Positions 9,216 to 17,654 of a stretch of 32,000 bases of DNA are shown piece by piece. Position numbers and translations under genes: made by a program. Under the pieces are notes generated by a model that saw only the letters and a program-made list of their open reading frames with translations, was not told the DNA's origin and made no database searches. Source of the stretch: Hyperthermus butylicus DSM 5456. Lineage in GTDB: Archaea > Thermoproteota > Thermoprotei_A > Sulfolobales > Pyrodictiaceae. Each line of letters begins with the position of its first letter. The stretch's first letter is position 1. Location of the stretch: the NCBI RefSeq assembly GCF_000015145.1, contig NC_008818.1, positions 1,620,001 to 1,652,000 on the forward strand. The letters are read 5' to 3'.

Positions 9216-10637
9216 TTGGCAACGCCAGCCAGGAGGATACCTAGGGTAAGGGTTAGGGGTATCTACGCGACAGCCCTGACAAAACTGGTAATCGATATGG
9301 GTTTTCAAGTAGTCCAACCATCGAGAATCATAGCTGATAGGTTTAGCCTGCCAATGCTGACACTGCCAGCTGATGTTACGATAAAGGATAGCGACAACAA
9401 CCCATCAGAACTGCTCATAGTGGGATATGAATGGGCTGTAAATATTATACTCGAGAAGCTAAGGGATACACTCCCATACTCATTCTATTGGCGGAGCAGC
9501 CTCCCCCTACACTCCACGGTCAAGGCCAGGGTTATTGGCCTCCGCGACAATCGCTGCATAGCACGCGTCGGTGATGTTGAGGCAGAACTTCTCGTAGATA
9601 GGAGCGAGTGTATTGAGGACCGCGAAGTTGTTGGCGGCGTTGTTAGACCCGGCGTAAAGCCGAGAGAAACCCCGAGGATAGTGCCGGGAGCAAGGGTGAT
9701 AGGAGACTACGCAATACTGATCGAGTCCAGCGAGCCTAGGGTAACGATAAGCGAGCATGTTAGGAGCCCGGAGAAGCGAGCACTACTAGCAGCAATAGCT
9801 ACGAGCTTTACCGAGCAAGGCTACGCTGTACACTGGCGTAGTAGTAGCCAGCATGCCGAGAGGGAGGAGTTAGAAAAACACCTTAGGCAGCTACGTGAGG
9901 CGCTAGCCGAGGCTAGGAAGAGGGCTGAAGAGGGCCCGCCCGGAGTGTATAGCGAAGGAGAAGCCGTGGTACTAGTGCATCTCAGCTCTGCAGACAAACA
10001 GAAGCTGGACGAGATAAGGGATAGTGTTGTCGCAACGATTCCCTACCACCATACTGTAAAGAGCTTGCAGCCAAGCCTCTCAAAAGTCATAGACTACGCC
10101 GAGAAGGTGAAGGCCCTCGGCGTAGACTCAGAAAAGCTCGTCCGTGCACTGTTAGAACTCGTAGCCGAAGACCTAGCGTCCAGGCGCAGAATTAGAATCC
10201 TACATGTTAAGCCCAGCGGCGAATACATAGAGCTTGGAAAGGCAGAGATAAAGTCGGTATATGTTGAAGACAAAAGCCTCGTAATTGTGCTCGAGAGGAC
10301 TGTAAAGAGTCGAGGAGTCTATGACGGCCTAGGTGTTGAAAAGGAGCCTGGAGACAGGATAGTAACGGAGGTTAGGACGGACGAGTGGATAGTAAAACAC
10401 ACATACTATGCTCCCGATGGCACAGTCAAAGGCACATACATAAACATAAACACACCACCAGAAATAGCCGAGGATGCAATAGTATACCTAGACCTTGAAA
10501 TCGACATAGTCAAGAAGCCCGGCAAGAAACCAAAAATAGTAGATGCGGAAGAGCTAGATAAGTACCATGAACAAGGCATAGTGACAACCAAGCTGAAGGA
10601 AAAGGCCCTCGAAATAGCGAGGAAACTAGCAGGCTAG
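9216..10637 (+). CDS. fau-1: Probable ribonuclease/RNA-binding protein FAU-1 (C-terminal DUF402-like domain)
   Basis: N-terminus RVRVRGIYATALTKLVIDMGFQVVQPS and a length of 473 aa match archaeal FAU-1 as I recall the family. TTG start. Confidence 0.75.
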   Translation: MATPARRIPRVRVRGIYATALTKLVIDMGFQVVQPSRIIADRFSLPMLTLPADVTIKDSDNNPSELLIVGYEWAVNIILEKLRDTLPYSFYWRSSLPLHSTVKARVIGLRDNRCIARVGDVEAELLVDRSECIEDREVVGGVVRPGVKPRETPRIVPGARVIGDYAILIESSEPRVTISEHVRSPEKRALLAAIATSFTEQGYAVHWRSSSQHAEREELEKHLRQLREALAEARKRAEEGPPGVYSEGEAVVLVHLSSADKQKLDEIRDSVVATIPYHHTVKSLQPSLSKVIDYAEKVKALGVDSEKLVRALLELVAEDLASRRRIRILHVKPSGEYIELGKAEIKSVYVEDKSLVIVLERTVKSRGVYDGLGVEKEPGDRIVTEVRTDEWIVKHTYYAPDGTVKGTYININTPPEIAEDAIVYLDLEIDIVKKPGKKPKIVDAEELDKYHEQGIVTTKLKEKALEIARKLAG

Positions 10638-10704
10638 CCAATCACAGTAAAGCTATTAGAACCCACCCAGACCACAACACCATTTTCCTACGGGAGCCCA
10701 GGCT

Positions 10705-10792
10705 GCGGGGGTGCCCGAGCCAGGTCAAAGGGGGCGGGCTCAGGACCCGCTGGCGTAGGCCTGCGTGGGTTCAAATCCCACCCCCCGCACCA
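10705..10792 (+). tRNA. tRNA-Leu (anticodon CAG), class II with long variable arm, CCA encoded
   Basis: Hand-folded cloverleaf. Acceptor GCGGGGG/CCCCCGC, anticodon stem GCGGG/CCCGC with loop CTCAGGA, T arm GTGGG-TTCAAAT-CCCAC, discriminator A then CCA. Confidence 0.9.
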
Positions 10793-11054
10793 CCCTCCTC
10801 TCCTCAACTAGTTACGGCAAATCACTGTACGGCTTCCCAGCCTCAACAGTTGCCCAGCTGGACATGCTCAGCTGCCTAGGACAGTATTATTGCACATATG
10901 CTTAATTTGGTAGTACCGGCATGTATCTTGTATAGGTGGAGGTTGCTGGAGGGAGTACCGCCTCCTTCTTAGTTTCGGTGTTGTCTCCCCCTCTCCCTAG
11001 GCTCAAGTTACATACATCCTCATATCACATGTTACGGTAACACTGGATAAGTGG

Positions 11055-11267
11055 GTGTCACGTATGCAGCGTATTGTCACATTTAAGATCGAGGAGGAGC
11101 TACTAGCGTTACTCGATAGGTATGCTAAGTCCAGGCGTCTAACTAGGAGCGAGGTCATACGTGAGGCTATTGAGAAGCTATTGGAGAGCGAGGGTATACG
11201 TGTTCCTAAAAAGCCTTCTCCGCCACGCTATGATCCACGAGCCCTAGTTATCGAGGTTGCTATCTAG
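11055..11267 (+). CDS. Ribbon-helix-helix (CopG/Arc/MetJ-type) DNA-binding protein (GTG 11055 or ATG 11064)
   Basis: [37 protein letters not shown] is a textbook RHH pattern of strand, helix and helix. Confidence 0.7.
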   Translation: MSRMQRIVTFKIEEELLALLDRYAKSRRLTRSEVIREAIEKLLESEGIRVPKKPSPPRYDPRALVIEVAI

Positions 11268-11296
11268 CCCTTGTTGTTTTTGACGCTTTCTGGATG

Positions 11297-11569
11297 TTAG
11301 TCCCTTACTGTTTCGAGTAGGGTTATTACGTTCCATATGAGTGTCCTGGCATAGACTGGCATGTTTGGATCCTGGCTTATCTCGTCTAGGATGCTTATCG
11401 CGTTGGCAGCTCTTACGCCCGGGCTTAAGCTCTCGTCTCTAAGCTGTTTTATGGCCTCTGTTGCTGCACGCCGTATGTTTCTCGGTACAGCGGTATCATT
11501 GATTATCCTCATGAGTATCATTATTGCTTGTCTTATCTTTGCCTCGTTGTCATAGGCTGGTGCGGCCAC
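11297..11569 (-). CDS. UPF0147 family protein
   Basis: 90-aa helical protein with [15 protein letters not shown] and [20 protein letters not shown], which I recognise as archaeal UPF0147. Confidence 0.7.
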   Translation of the reverse strand: MAAPAYDNEAKIRQAIMILMRIINDTAVPRNIRRAATEAIKQLRDESLSPGVRAANAISILDEISQDPNMPVYARTLIWNVITLLETVRD

Positions 11570-11708
11570 GGGACATCACCCCACTATGCAAGCTCTGAGT
11601 ATTTGGGTGCTGCACTCTCGGGGTGGTGTAGCCGCTGAGTTTAGCTGTGGCTGTCTAGCTTATTAGCTTACACTTCTCCCTAACGGTTTAGTAGGGGTTT
11701 AGGGAGCT

Positions 11709-12128
11709 ATGACGACTAGTGTTCCGCGCGACCCGAAGGTTATGAAGAAGATGGCTGACCTGCTGCGTGCCGGCGCTACCATGCTCGCTGAAACCTGCCC
11801 CATCTGCGGGCTTCCACTGTTTAGGCTTAGGAGTGGCGAGATCGTATGCCCCATCCATGGCAGGGTGTACATTGTCCGTGATGAGAGCGAGGCTGCACGT
11901 GTCGAGGTTCAAGGTGTACTCGAGGAACTCGAGAAGGTGGTTGCACGCAGTATAGGCGAGACATTGTCCCGTGAAGGGCTTACAGCAGAGTCTCTGGAGA
12001 GGCTAAAGGACCTACTCGATGTGCTTGAAAGGGTTGAACGTATACTTGCGCTGGTTCGTGAGACTAGAAGCAGCACCAACGGTGAGAGTAGGAGGCAGAC
12101 TAGCACTGGGCGGGAGCGGAGAGAATAG
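11709..12128 (+). CDS. UPF0148 / autoantigen p27-like zinc-ribbon protein
   Basis: MADLLRAGATMLAETCPICGLPLFRLRSGEIVCPIHG zinc ribbon followed by a coiled-coil tail. Confidence 0.7.
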   Translation: MTTSVPRDPKVMKKMADLLRAGATMLAETCPICGLPLFRLRSGEIVCPIHGRVYIVRDESEAARVEVQGVLEELEKVVARSIGETLSREGLTAESLERLKDLLDVLERVERILALVRETRSSTNGESRRQTSTGRERRE

Positions 12129-12504
12129 CTTGGGGTGGTTTAACCTCTAACATCGCCTTCGTACCAGCTTGAAGTCTTGACATGTCCTCCTCGGTTATGC
12201 CTTCAGCTAGCGGGATTTCTGCGAGTACGGCGCCAGCTACCAGCATGGGCTCAGCCTTGGGTACAATGAGGCCTGCCGGTGCTAGCCCCTTCCGCCGGAG
12301 GGCATACATGATGTATGGACCTACTGTACTTCCCCTTGAGCCCCGGAAGACCAGTATTTTGCCAGCTATACTACCGACACCCTTCAATACCCCTGTATCG
12401 GGGTCTACCTCGCCGTAAAACGATATACTCCTATCAACTATGAGGAGAGGGGCACAAGCTCTACCCTCTACGAGGCCTCGGAGGAGCAGCCGTATACCCT
12501 GCAA
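12100..12504 (-). CDS. Aconitase X swivel-domain protein (DUF126), putative phosphomevalonate dehydratase small subunit; TTG start
   Basis: 134 aa with SFYGEVDPDTGV, KILVFRGSRGSTVG and PAGLIV motifs typical of DUF126. Lies immediately downstream of the DUF521 gene. Confidence 0.75.
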   Translation of the reverse strand: MQGIRLLLRGLVEGRACAPLLIVDRSISFYGEVDPDTGVLKGVGSIAGKILVFRGSRGSTVGPYIMYALRRKGLAPAGLIVPKAEPMLVAGAVLAEIPLAEGITEEDMSRLQAGTKAMLEVKPPQAILSAPAQC

Positions 12505-12521
12505 GTCCCAGCCCCCTGGGG

Positions 12522-13722
12522 CTAGTCTCCGTAGAGCTTTATGAACTCCTTGAGCGTTGATAGGGCCACCCTGACTCCATGTCTCTTCGGCAGATAGAAT
12601 GCTGTCTTAACAGAGTCTGTTGCTACAACATCTACCACACCTCTAAGCCTTGACACAACAATACATGTACCTGGTAGCAGATGCACATTCTTGCCGCGTA
12701 GCTTGGCTGCAAGCGTTTTTACCCCAATTGGGTAACTTGCCTGGAAGAGCTATCCACATGGGCTTCCTGAGTCTTCTTACTCCACTGCTCTCTAGAAGTG
12801 TAAGGACAGTATGGACTATGCTCCAGTCGTGATGAGGGCATCCGGTGAAGAATACATCTGCCTCCTCGAGGCTTGCTGTCTCGACAAGCTCACGCTCGGC
12901 CTTCAAATCCCTCGCTGTAACCTCAACAGTTTCAACCTTCTCGGGTGCTCCACGATCTTCAGGCGAGTAATTGCGTACAATACACATTGCCGTGTTTCCA
13001 GAGGCTGCAGCTGCACCACACATTGATATCACCGCACGGGTACCCTCAAGCTCCGCGTCTATGTATGGTAGCTGGTCCTGGTAGCTTCGGCCCACTAGAT
13101 GCCCCAGAAGTCCTGCTGCAAGCTCGTCGAGCACAATGTTCTTCACACGGATCAGCATGGTTGGCTTCCGATTCTCGTCTAGGTGAAGGCCCCAGTAGTA
13201 GATGCGACCGGTTAGCGCTGCCGCTAGGGCTACCGGGCCTCCCTCCCTGTTAGTCCTCGCCCCGTAGAGTGTATTTGCAACGGCTACCGCGCTAGACTCT
13301 CCCCACGCCAGGTGCTCACCGGGCCTGGGGCGTCGCAGCTTGTAGGGTATACAAGTCGCAGTGAACTTGAACCCCATACGGGTTAGCGCACGTATTATTC
13401 GGAGCTGCTTCTCCGCCTCTGCAGCCCCAACCAGGATAGCATTGTCTTCCCATAATCCCTCCTCGGATAATGGTATGCCGGTAGGGTTGAATGTGGCATG
13501 AACCCTTACCCTGCCACCCATCCTGGCAAGCTCTTCTATGAATTCTAGCCCTACATCACCTATGTTGAAGTATGATATGCCGCTGACATGCGCATGGGTT
13601 ATTTCCACGAGTCTTTCAGCGCCCAGAGCCTCTCCAACACGGACAATAACCGTTAGCGCCTTACGCACAGCCTCGCCGTACTCGCCACTAAGCATACGTT
13701 CCTCCTCACGTGTAAGATACAT
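12522..13722 (-). CDS. Aconitase X catalytic-domain protein (DUF521), putative phosphomevalonate dehydratase large subunit; interrupted by a 1-nt frameshift at the T5 run 12716-12720 (tracked ORF 12643..13722)
   Basis: N-terminus MYLTREEERMLSGEYGEAVRKAL and HAHVSG are typical of DUF521. Hand translation of the adjacent frame gives a family-like C-terminus that ends at 12522. Confidence 0.8.
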
Positions 13723-13764
13723 AGCCGCTTACACCCTTGCTATCGCTCAACCCTCACTGCGCGA

Positions 13765-15054
13765 CTATGATCCCGGTATTATGGGCCTAGTGTACCTGCT
13801 CCTCTCCCCAATGGGTACAGTAGCATCCACGATGAGCTTGGCTGTTAGCCCGTCGACAGCACTTGGGTCGAGTGTTGACCCCCTCGCATGGGAGACTATG
13901 ACTATGCCACGGTCCGCCTGGAGCCTCGTAGCTATAGCCCACTCCACTTGTTGGGGGTCATCAGGGTCTATGTCCGCGTCAACCACCACTACGTGCTTTA
14001 GGCTTGGATGGCCTGCTAGCGCTGCAAGCCCAGCATTCTTGCCATCTCCATCATGCTGTTTTTCTATCGAAATGACAGCATGTAACCACATACCCGAACC
14101 AGGTGTAAGCCTAACCTTTACCACACGCGGCACAACACGGCGTACAGCATCGTATATCGAGGCTTCGCGAGGGAAACCCATGAATAGCTTGTGCTCCGTA
14201 CCTCCCGGCAGTATAGCGTGTAGCACGGGCTCGTATACCTTGTTTACGTAGATAGACTCTACTTTCAGCTCCGGCTCGCTGCGTACGTTATCGTAGAGTC
14301 CTAGCAGGTCTACAAAGGGTCCTTCGGAGCGCCGCTCTGGCCCAAGTACAGCCTCTATAACCATGGATGCCCCACAAGGAACTGGCAGCCTGTACCTGGG
14401 GGTCTCGCAAACCCTAAGCCCTCCAGTTAGTGCTGCAGCAAGCTCTAGCTCGAAGACTCCAAATGGAGGGCTGAGTGCAGCTGCAAGCATTATCCTGGGA
14501 TCCACACCCACAACGACTGCTACAGGTGTCGAGCCACCACGCTCCATTAGTATCCGGTAGAGGTGGCGTGGGACAACCCTAACAGCTGCATAACTATAGT
14601 CGTCGCTAACCATTATACGATGTATCGACGCATTACAAGCTTTACCATTACACGCTATGAATATCGATGATGTCACATATAGTCCTCCATCACCTTCATA
14701 GAATCTCAGTGCTGGCAGCAGATCCAGCCCCGAGCCTGCTTCCTCAAAGTAATCGCTAAACTCGCCTCTAGCAAGGCTCTCTGGTTTTAGCGATAATATT
14801 TTCTCGTAAGCTGACATATCACTATCGGCTTCGAGGAGCATGTATAGTATCTTGCGACTATATACTATGTTTGAAGCGAAAACATAGGGTAGCTCCTTAA
14901 TATTGTAGACAGCTACTGCACGTCCATCAAGCTGTGCAGCAAACCTTGCAGCTTCGTAGACTCTGCTGAGCCTACCTTCTGCCCAGACTATTGATGCACC
15001 CTTCTTGACCAGATGCTCTAGTACCGGGGCAAGCGCACCATCTAGATTACGCAT
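13765..15054 (-). CDS. UbiD-family (prFMN-dependent) decarboxylase, candidate trans-anhydromevalonate 5-phosphate decarboxylase
   Basis: 429-aa UbiD-like sequence adjacent to the AcnX large and small subunit genes. Confidence 0.75.
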   Translation of the reverse strand: MRNLDGALAPVLEHLVKKGASIVWAEGRLSRVYEAARFAAQLDGRAVAVYNIKELPYVFASNIVYSRKILYMLLEADSDMSAYEKILSLKPESLARGEFSDYFEEAGSGLDLLPALRFYEGDGGLYVTSSIFIACNGKACNASIHRIMVSDDYSYAAVRVVPRHLYRILMERGGSTPVAVVVGVDPRIMLAAALSPPFGVFELELAAALTGGLRVCETPRYRLPVPCGASMVIEAVLGPERRSEGPFVDLLGLYDNVRSEPELKVESIYVNKVYEPVLHAILPGGTEHKLFMGFPREASIYDAVRRVVPRVVKVRLTPGSGMWLHAVISIEKQHDGDGKNAGLAALAGHPSLKHVVVVDADIDPDDPQQVEWAIATRLQADRGIVIVSHARGSTLDPSAVDGLTAKLIVDATVPIGERSRYTRPIIPGS

Positions 15055-16334
15055 CTCAGTGGCCTCCCAGTTTCTTCTAGCTCCTCACTTAGCCTAATGT
15101 TGCCCAGGATTAATCCCTTAACCTCGCCCCGATAGGGTGTTAGCACCCTTATAACTCCGCTGGCAAAGTCTATCTCCTTCACTATTGCCAACCCTTTTTC
15201 CTCGCCATCACTGCCAACCAGGGAGGCTAGAGCATTTACTGCGAGGTTTATGTCTAGTATGTAGACTTGCTTTTGCAAAGTCTGCGATGCTTTCTCAAGA
15301 TTCTGCGGGTTCGGTTGACCGTTGGTGACAACGTATACCGTGTCGTAGGTCTCACTAGCAGCTATAACCGGCACCTGGAGAATCTGAGCCAGCCTTGCCG
15401 CCTGCTGAGGTGGCAACCTTTCTCCGCTAAAGAAACAAGAGCCCATTATTGAGACTGAATCTATGTATATCATTCTCTCGTAGAGGGGCTCAAGATATCT
15501 ACGATAAGCTTCTCTACGTAGGCTCCTCCTCTCTACTCTATCTCTCTCACGCCTAACACTCGGCATTGGTAATAGCGTAACGCCACATGGGATACCCGCG
15601 AATACATGTCTAACCATCGCATAGAGCTTCTGGTCTCCTATAACGAATACTGCTGATACCCCCGTGTAGCGCGCAATCTCAGCCTTGTACTCTATCGAGT
15701 TTAGCCCTTGAACCCAGCCATCGGTATCTATTGCTATTACCTCTGCGCCACGGCTGAGGAGCCGGTGTACTAGCTCCACGACTGCTGCTACTATCCGGCG
15801 CTCGCTACGCTGTGGCGTTATGTTGCCTATGAACCTTATGTGGTCTGCTCTGAGTTCCCGGAGCCAGAGTATAGGCTTATCCACTAGAGCCGCTGAGACA
15901 GACGCTGGTGGGCCTACATCCGCTTGTCCGACATCAGCATCTACTACTCCTACCCTAAATCCGTAAAGTAGTGCCCGGTTTACCACTAGTGCAGTAAGGC
16001 TAGACTTGCCAGCATCTGTAGGACCCAGGACCATTACTCTTTTACAACCACGTCTCAGTGTGCTATCTACAGCCGAGACCCACGCGTCGAGAACTTCCTC
16101 GCCTGGTTGAGGGCTCTCGACGGCTGCGCCGGCACCAAGCTCTACTTCAACAATGCTATCGTCTAGTGCTTTAACGCCATAGCTACGGTAGCTGTGTATG
16201 CTGAATTCGGCGCCGGCACCGAATATTGCGCCTAGAACCATGACTTGTCCCGATGCTACGCGTGCTCTCGCTGGACCCACGATTCTTACTATCCTGCCTG
16301 GCTCCATGTAGAGCCTCATCCTCATATTGTTCAC
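15042..16334 (-). CDS. Clp1/Grc3-type polyribonucleotide 5-prime-hydroxyl kinase (GTG 16334; ATG alternatives at 16325, 16319 and 16307)
   Basis: P-loop VLGPTDAGKSSL, followed by VVDADVGQADVGPP and IDTDGWV motifs, with an N-terminal beta-sandwich-like region typical of archaeal Clp1. Confidence 0.8.
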   Translation of the reverse strand: MNNMRMRLYMEPGRIVRIVGPARARVASGQVMVLGAIFGAGAEFSIHSYRSYGVKALDDSIVEVELGAGAAVESPQPGEEVLDAWVSAVDSTLRRGCKRVMVLGPTDAGKSSLTALVVNRALLYGFRVGVVDADVGQADVGPPASVSAALVDKPILWLRELRADHIRFIGNITPQRSERRIVAAVVELVHRLLSRGAEVIAIDTDGWVQGLNSIEYKAEIARYTGVSAVFVIGDQKLYAMVRHVFAGIPCGVTLLPMPSVRRERDRVERRSLRREAYRRYLEPLYERMIYIDSVSIMGSCFFSGERLPPQQAARLAQILQVPVIAASETYDTVYVVTNGQPNPQNLEKASQTLQKQVYILDINLAVNALASLVGSDGEEKGLAIVKEIDFASGVIRVLTPYRGEVKGLILGNIRLSEELEETGRPLRCVI

Positions 16335-17019
16335 CCTCTACCAGCCATGTGTTCTCCAGTACTCTGTGCATCTTCGTATAGACGCGTAAAGCTATCTGTA
16401 TAGCTGCCAACACGTCATCGTTAACTGCATCACTTGCACCCTTGAGCCCATAGGCTCTAAAAATATTTGACTCGTACTCGTCTACCAGGTATACCCTTTC
16501 GCTACACTTGAGCAACTTACCACGTATACTTAGAGCCTCCTCGTAGACTGCCGGCGATGCACCTATACCTGCGACAAGCTCCCTATGTGTCCTCAGGGCG
16601 CTGCATATGTTTGCTAGTAGGTTCCCCTTATTCGCCTCGACCCCCGCTAGAAGCACCGATCCCGCAGCCAACACCGCATAGGCGATGCGCGTTGCACCAA
16701 CGTCAATACCTATGCTGGCCTCGCGCACTCTCCACAAAGCCTTAACGATGCTTAAGGCTGTGCCTATAGTGTTCTCCTTAGCATCCGTCGGGTCTACGTA
16801 GAGAACACGGCATCTCGAACCATGCTCCCACATCCCTAGACGAATGCTGCCACGCTCCACAATGATTATGTCACGTCCTCCACAGCTTGGTGGAGCATTC
16901 GGGATAACATACTCTATCTGCAGGAGCTTAGCTATGCGAGCCACTAGCCTCACTATCTCCGGGCTAGACGCCCACACTATTATCCTGCTGGTAGTCCCTA
17001 CTGTTTTAATCCCGGACAA
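16183..17019 (-). CDS. Uncharacterised protein with a C-terminal RNase H-fold (YqgF/RuvX- or RuvC-like) nuclease-like domain; TTG start; last ~50 codons overlap Clp1
   Basis: The order IGIDVGATRIAYAV ... LVAGIG ... YLVDEYESN ... DDVLAAIQIAL mirrors the RuvX motif order GxDxG.kRiGvA / vvGlP / vDErlT / D..AA..IL. The function is inferred only. Confidence 0.5.
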   Translation of the reverse strand: MSGIKTVGTTSRIIVWASSPEIVRLVARIAKLLQIEYVIPNAPPSCGGRDIIIVERGSIRLGMWEHGSRCRVLYVDPTDAKENTIGTALSIVKALWRVREASIGIDVGATRIAYAVLAAGSVLLAGVEANKGNLLANICSALRTHRELVAGIGASPAVYEEALSIRGKLLKCSERVYLVDEYESNIFRAYGLKGASDAVNDDVLAAIQIALRVYTKMHRVLENTWLVEGEQYEDEALHGARQDSKNRGSSESTRSIGTSHGSRRNIRCRRRIQHTQLP

Positions 17020-17051
17020 CCCCCTGGTGCTGGTTCTCCTGGGAGGCTTAT

Positions 17052-17654
17052 GTGGCTATATGCAGAAGGCTGCTGAGGGCCATAGAGTGGCCTACAACAC
17101 TACTGGTATATGGGCCTGCAGGGAGCGGAAAGACCCTCCTAGCTCTCGAGCTTACAGCGCACCAGTGTAGAAGCGGAAAATGCCTGTACATAACTACTGA
17201 AGGTGTACAGTTTCTCGAGAGGGCAGCAAAGCTGAAACTTAGTGCTGACCAGCTAGTGGTGCTCCAGGTCTTTGACTACCTTGACCTACTACATATTGTT
17301 AATCTACGCCAGCTGCCACTCTATAATATCGTTGTTCTTGACTCTGTAAGCAGTATAGCACGTGAAGGCTCCGAAGAGGCCTTGAGAACCTTATCTCTGG
17401 TTTCAGCACTTCTATACCGCGTGTACGAAGAATACATGGTTCCAATACTGTATACCGCACAGCTATCCTGGAAGCCAGGAGAAGGCGAGAAGCCTTCTGG
17501 AATAAAGCCTCTAAGCCTGTGGCTTAGAGCTATAGCTCGACTTGAACGCGTTGGGCAGAGATATAGGCTTATCATCGAGGAGCCAGAGCATAACCGCGGA
17601 TGGGAGTTCAGCTACAGAATTACGGAGCGGGGACTTGTATGGCTCAATTGTTAA
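17052..17654 (+). CDS. RecA-superfamily ATPase (small RadA-paralogue/KaiC-like); GTG start preceded by GGGAGG
   Basis: Walker A VYGPAGSGKTLLALEL and Walker B-like NIVVLDSVSS, 200 aa. Confidence 0.7.
   Translation: MAICRRLLRAIEWPTTLLVYGPAGSGKTLLALELTAHQCRSGKCLYITTEGVQFLERAAKLKLSADQLVVLQVFDYLDLLHIVNLRQLPLYNIVVLDSVSSIAREGSEEALRTLSLVSALLYRVYEEYMVPILYTAQLSWKPGEGEKPSGIKPLSLWLRAIARLERVGQRYRLIIEEPEHNRGWEFSYRITERGLVWLNC

Noticed and set aside
10705-11300. tRNA-Leu as an integration site of a mobile element
   Set aside because: I could find no integrase, no direct repeat of the tRNA 3-prime half anywhere in the window, and no other element genes.
13538-14251. 237-aa + strand ORF across the AcnX/UbiD junction; similar long antisense ORFs at 21735..22340 (+), 23424..23873 (+), 4054..4662 (-), 1880..2416 (-) and 6579..6947 (-)
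   Set aside because: They lie antisense to genes with clear family signatures. Their products are Ser/Pro/Ala/Arg-rich and low in complexity, with no recognisable motifs. These are typical shadow ORFs of GC-rich coding DNA.
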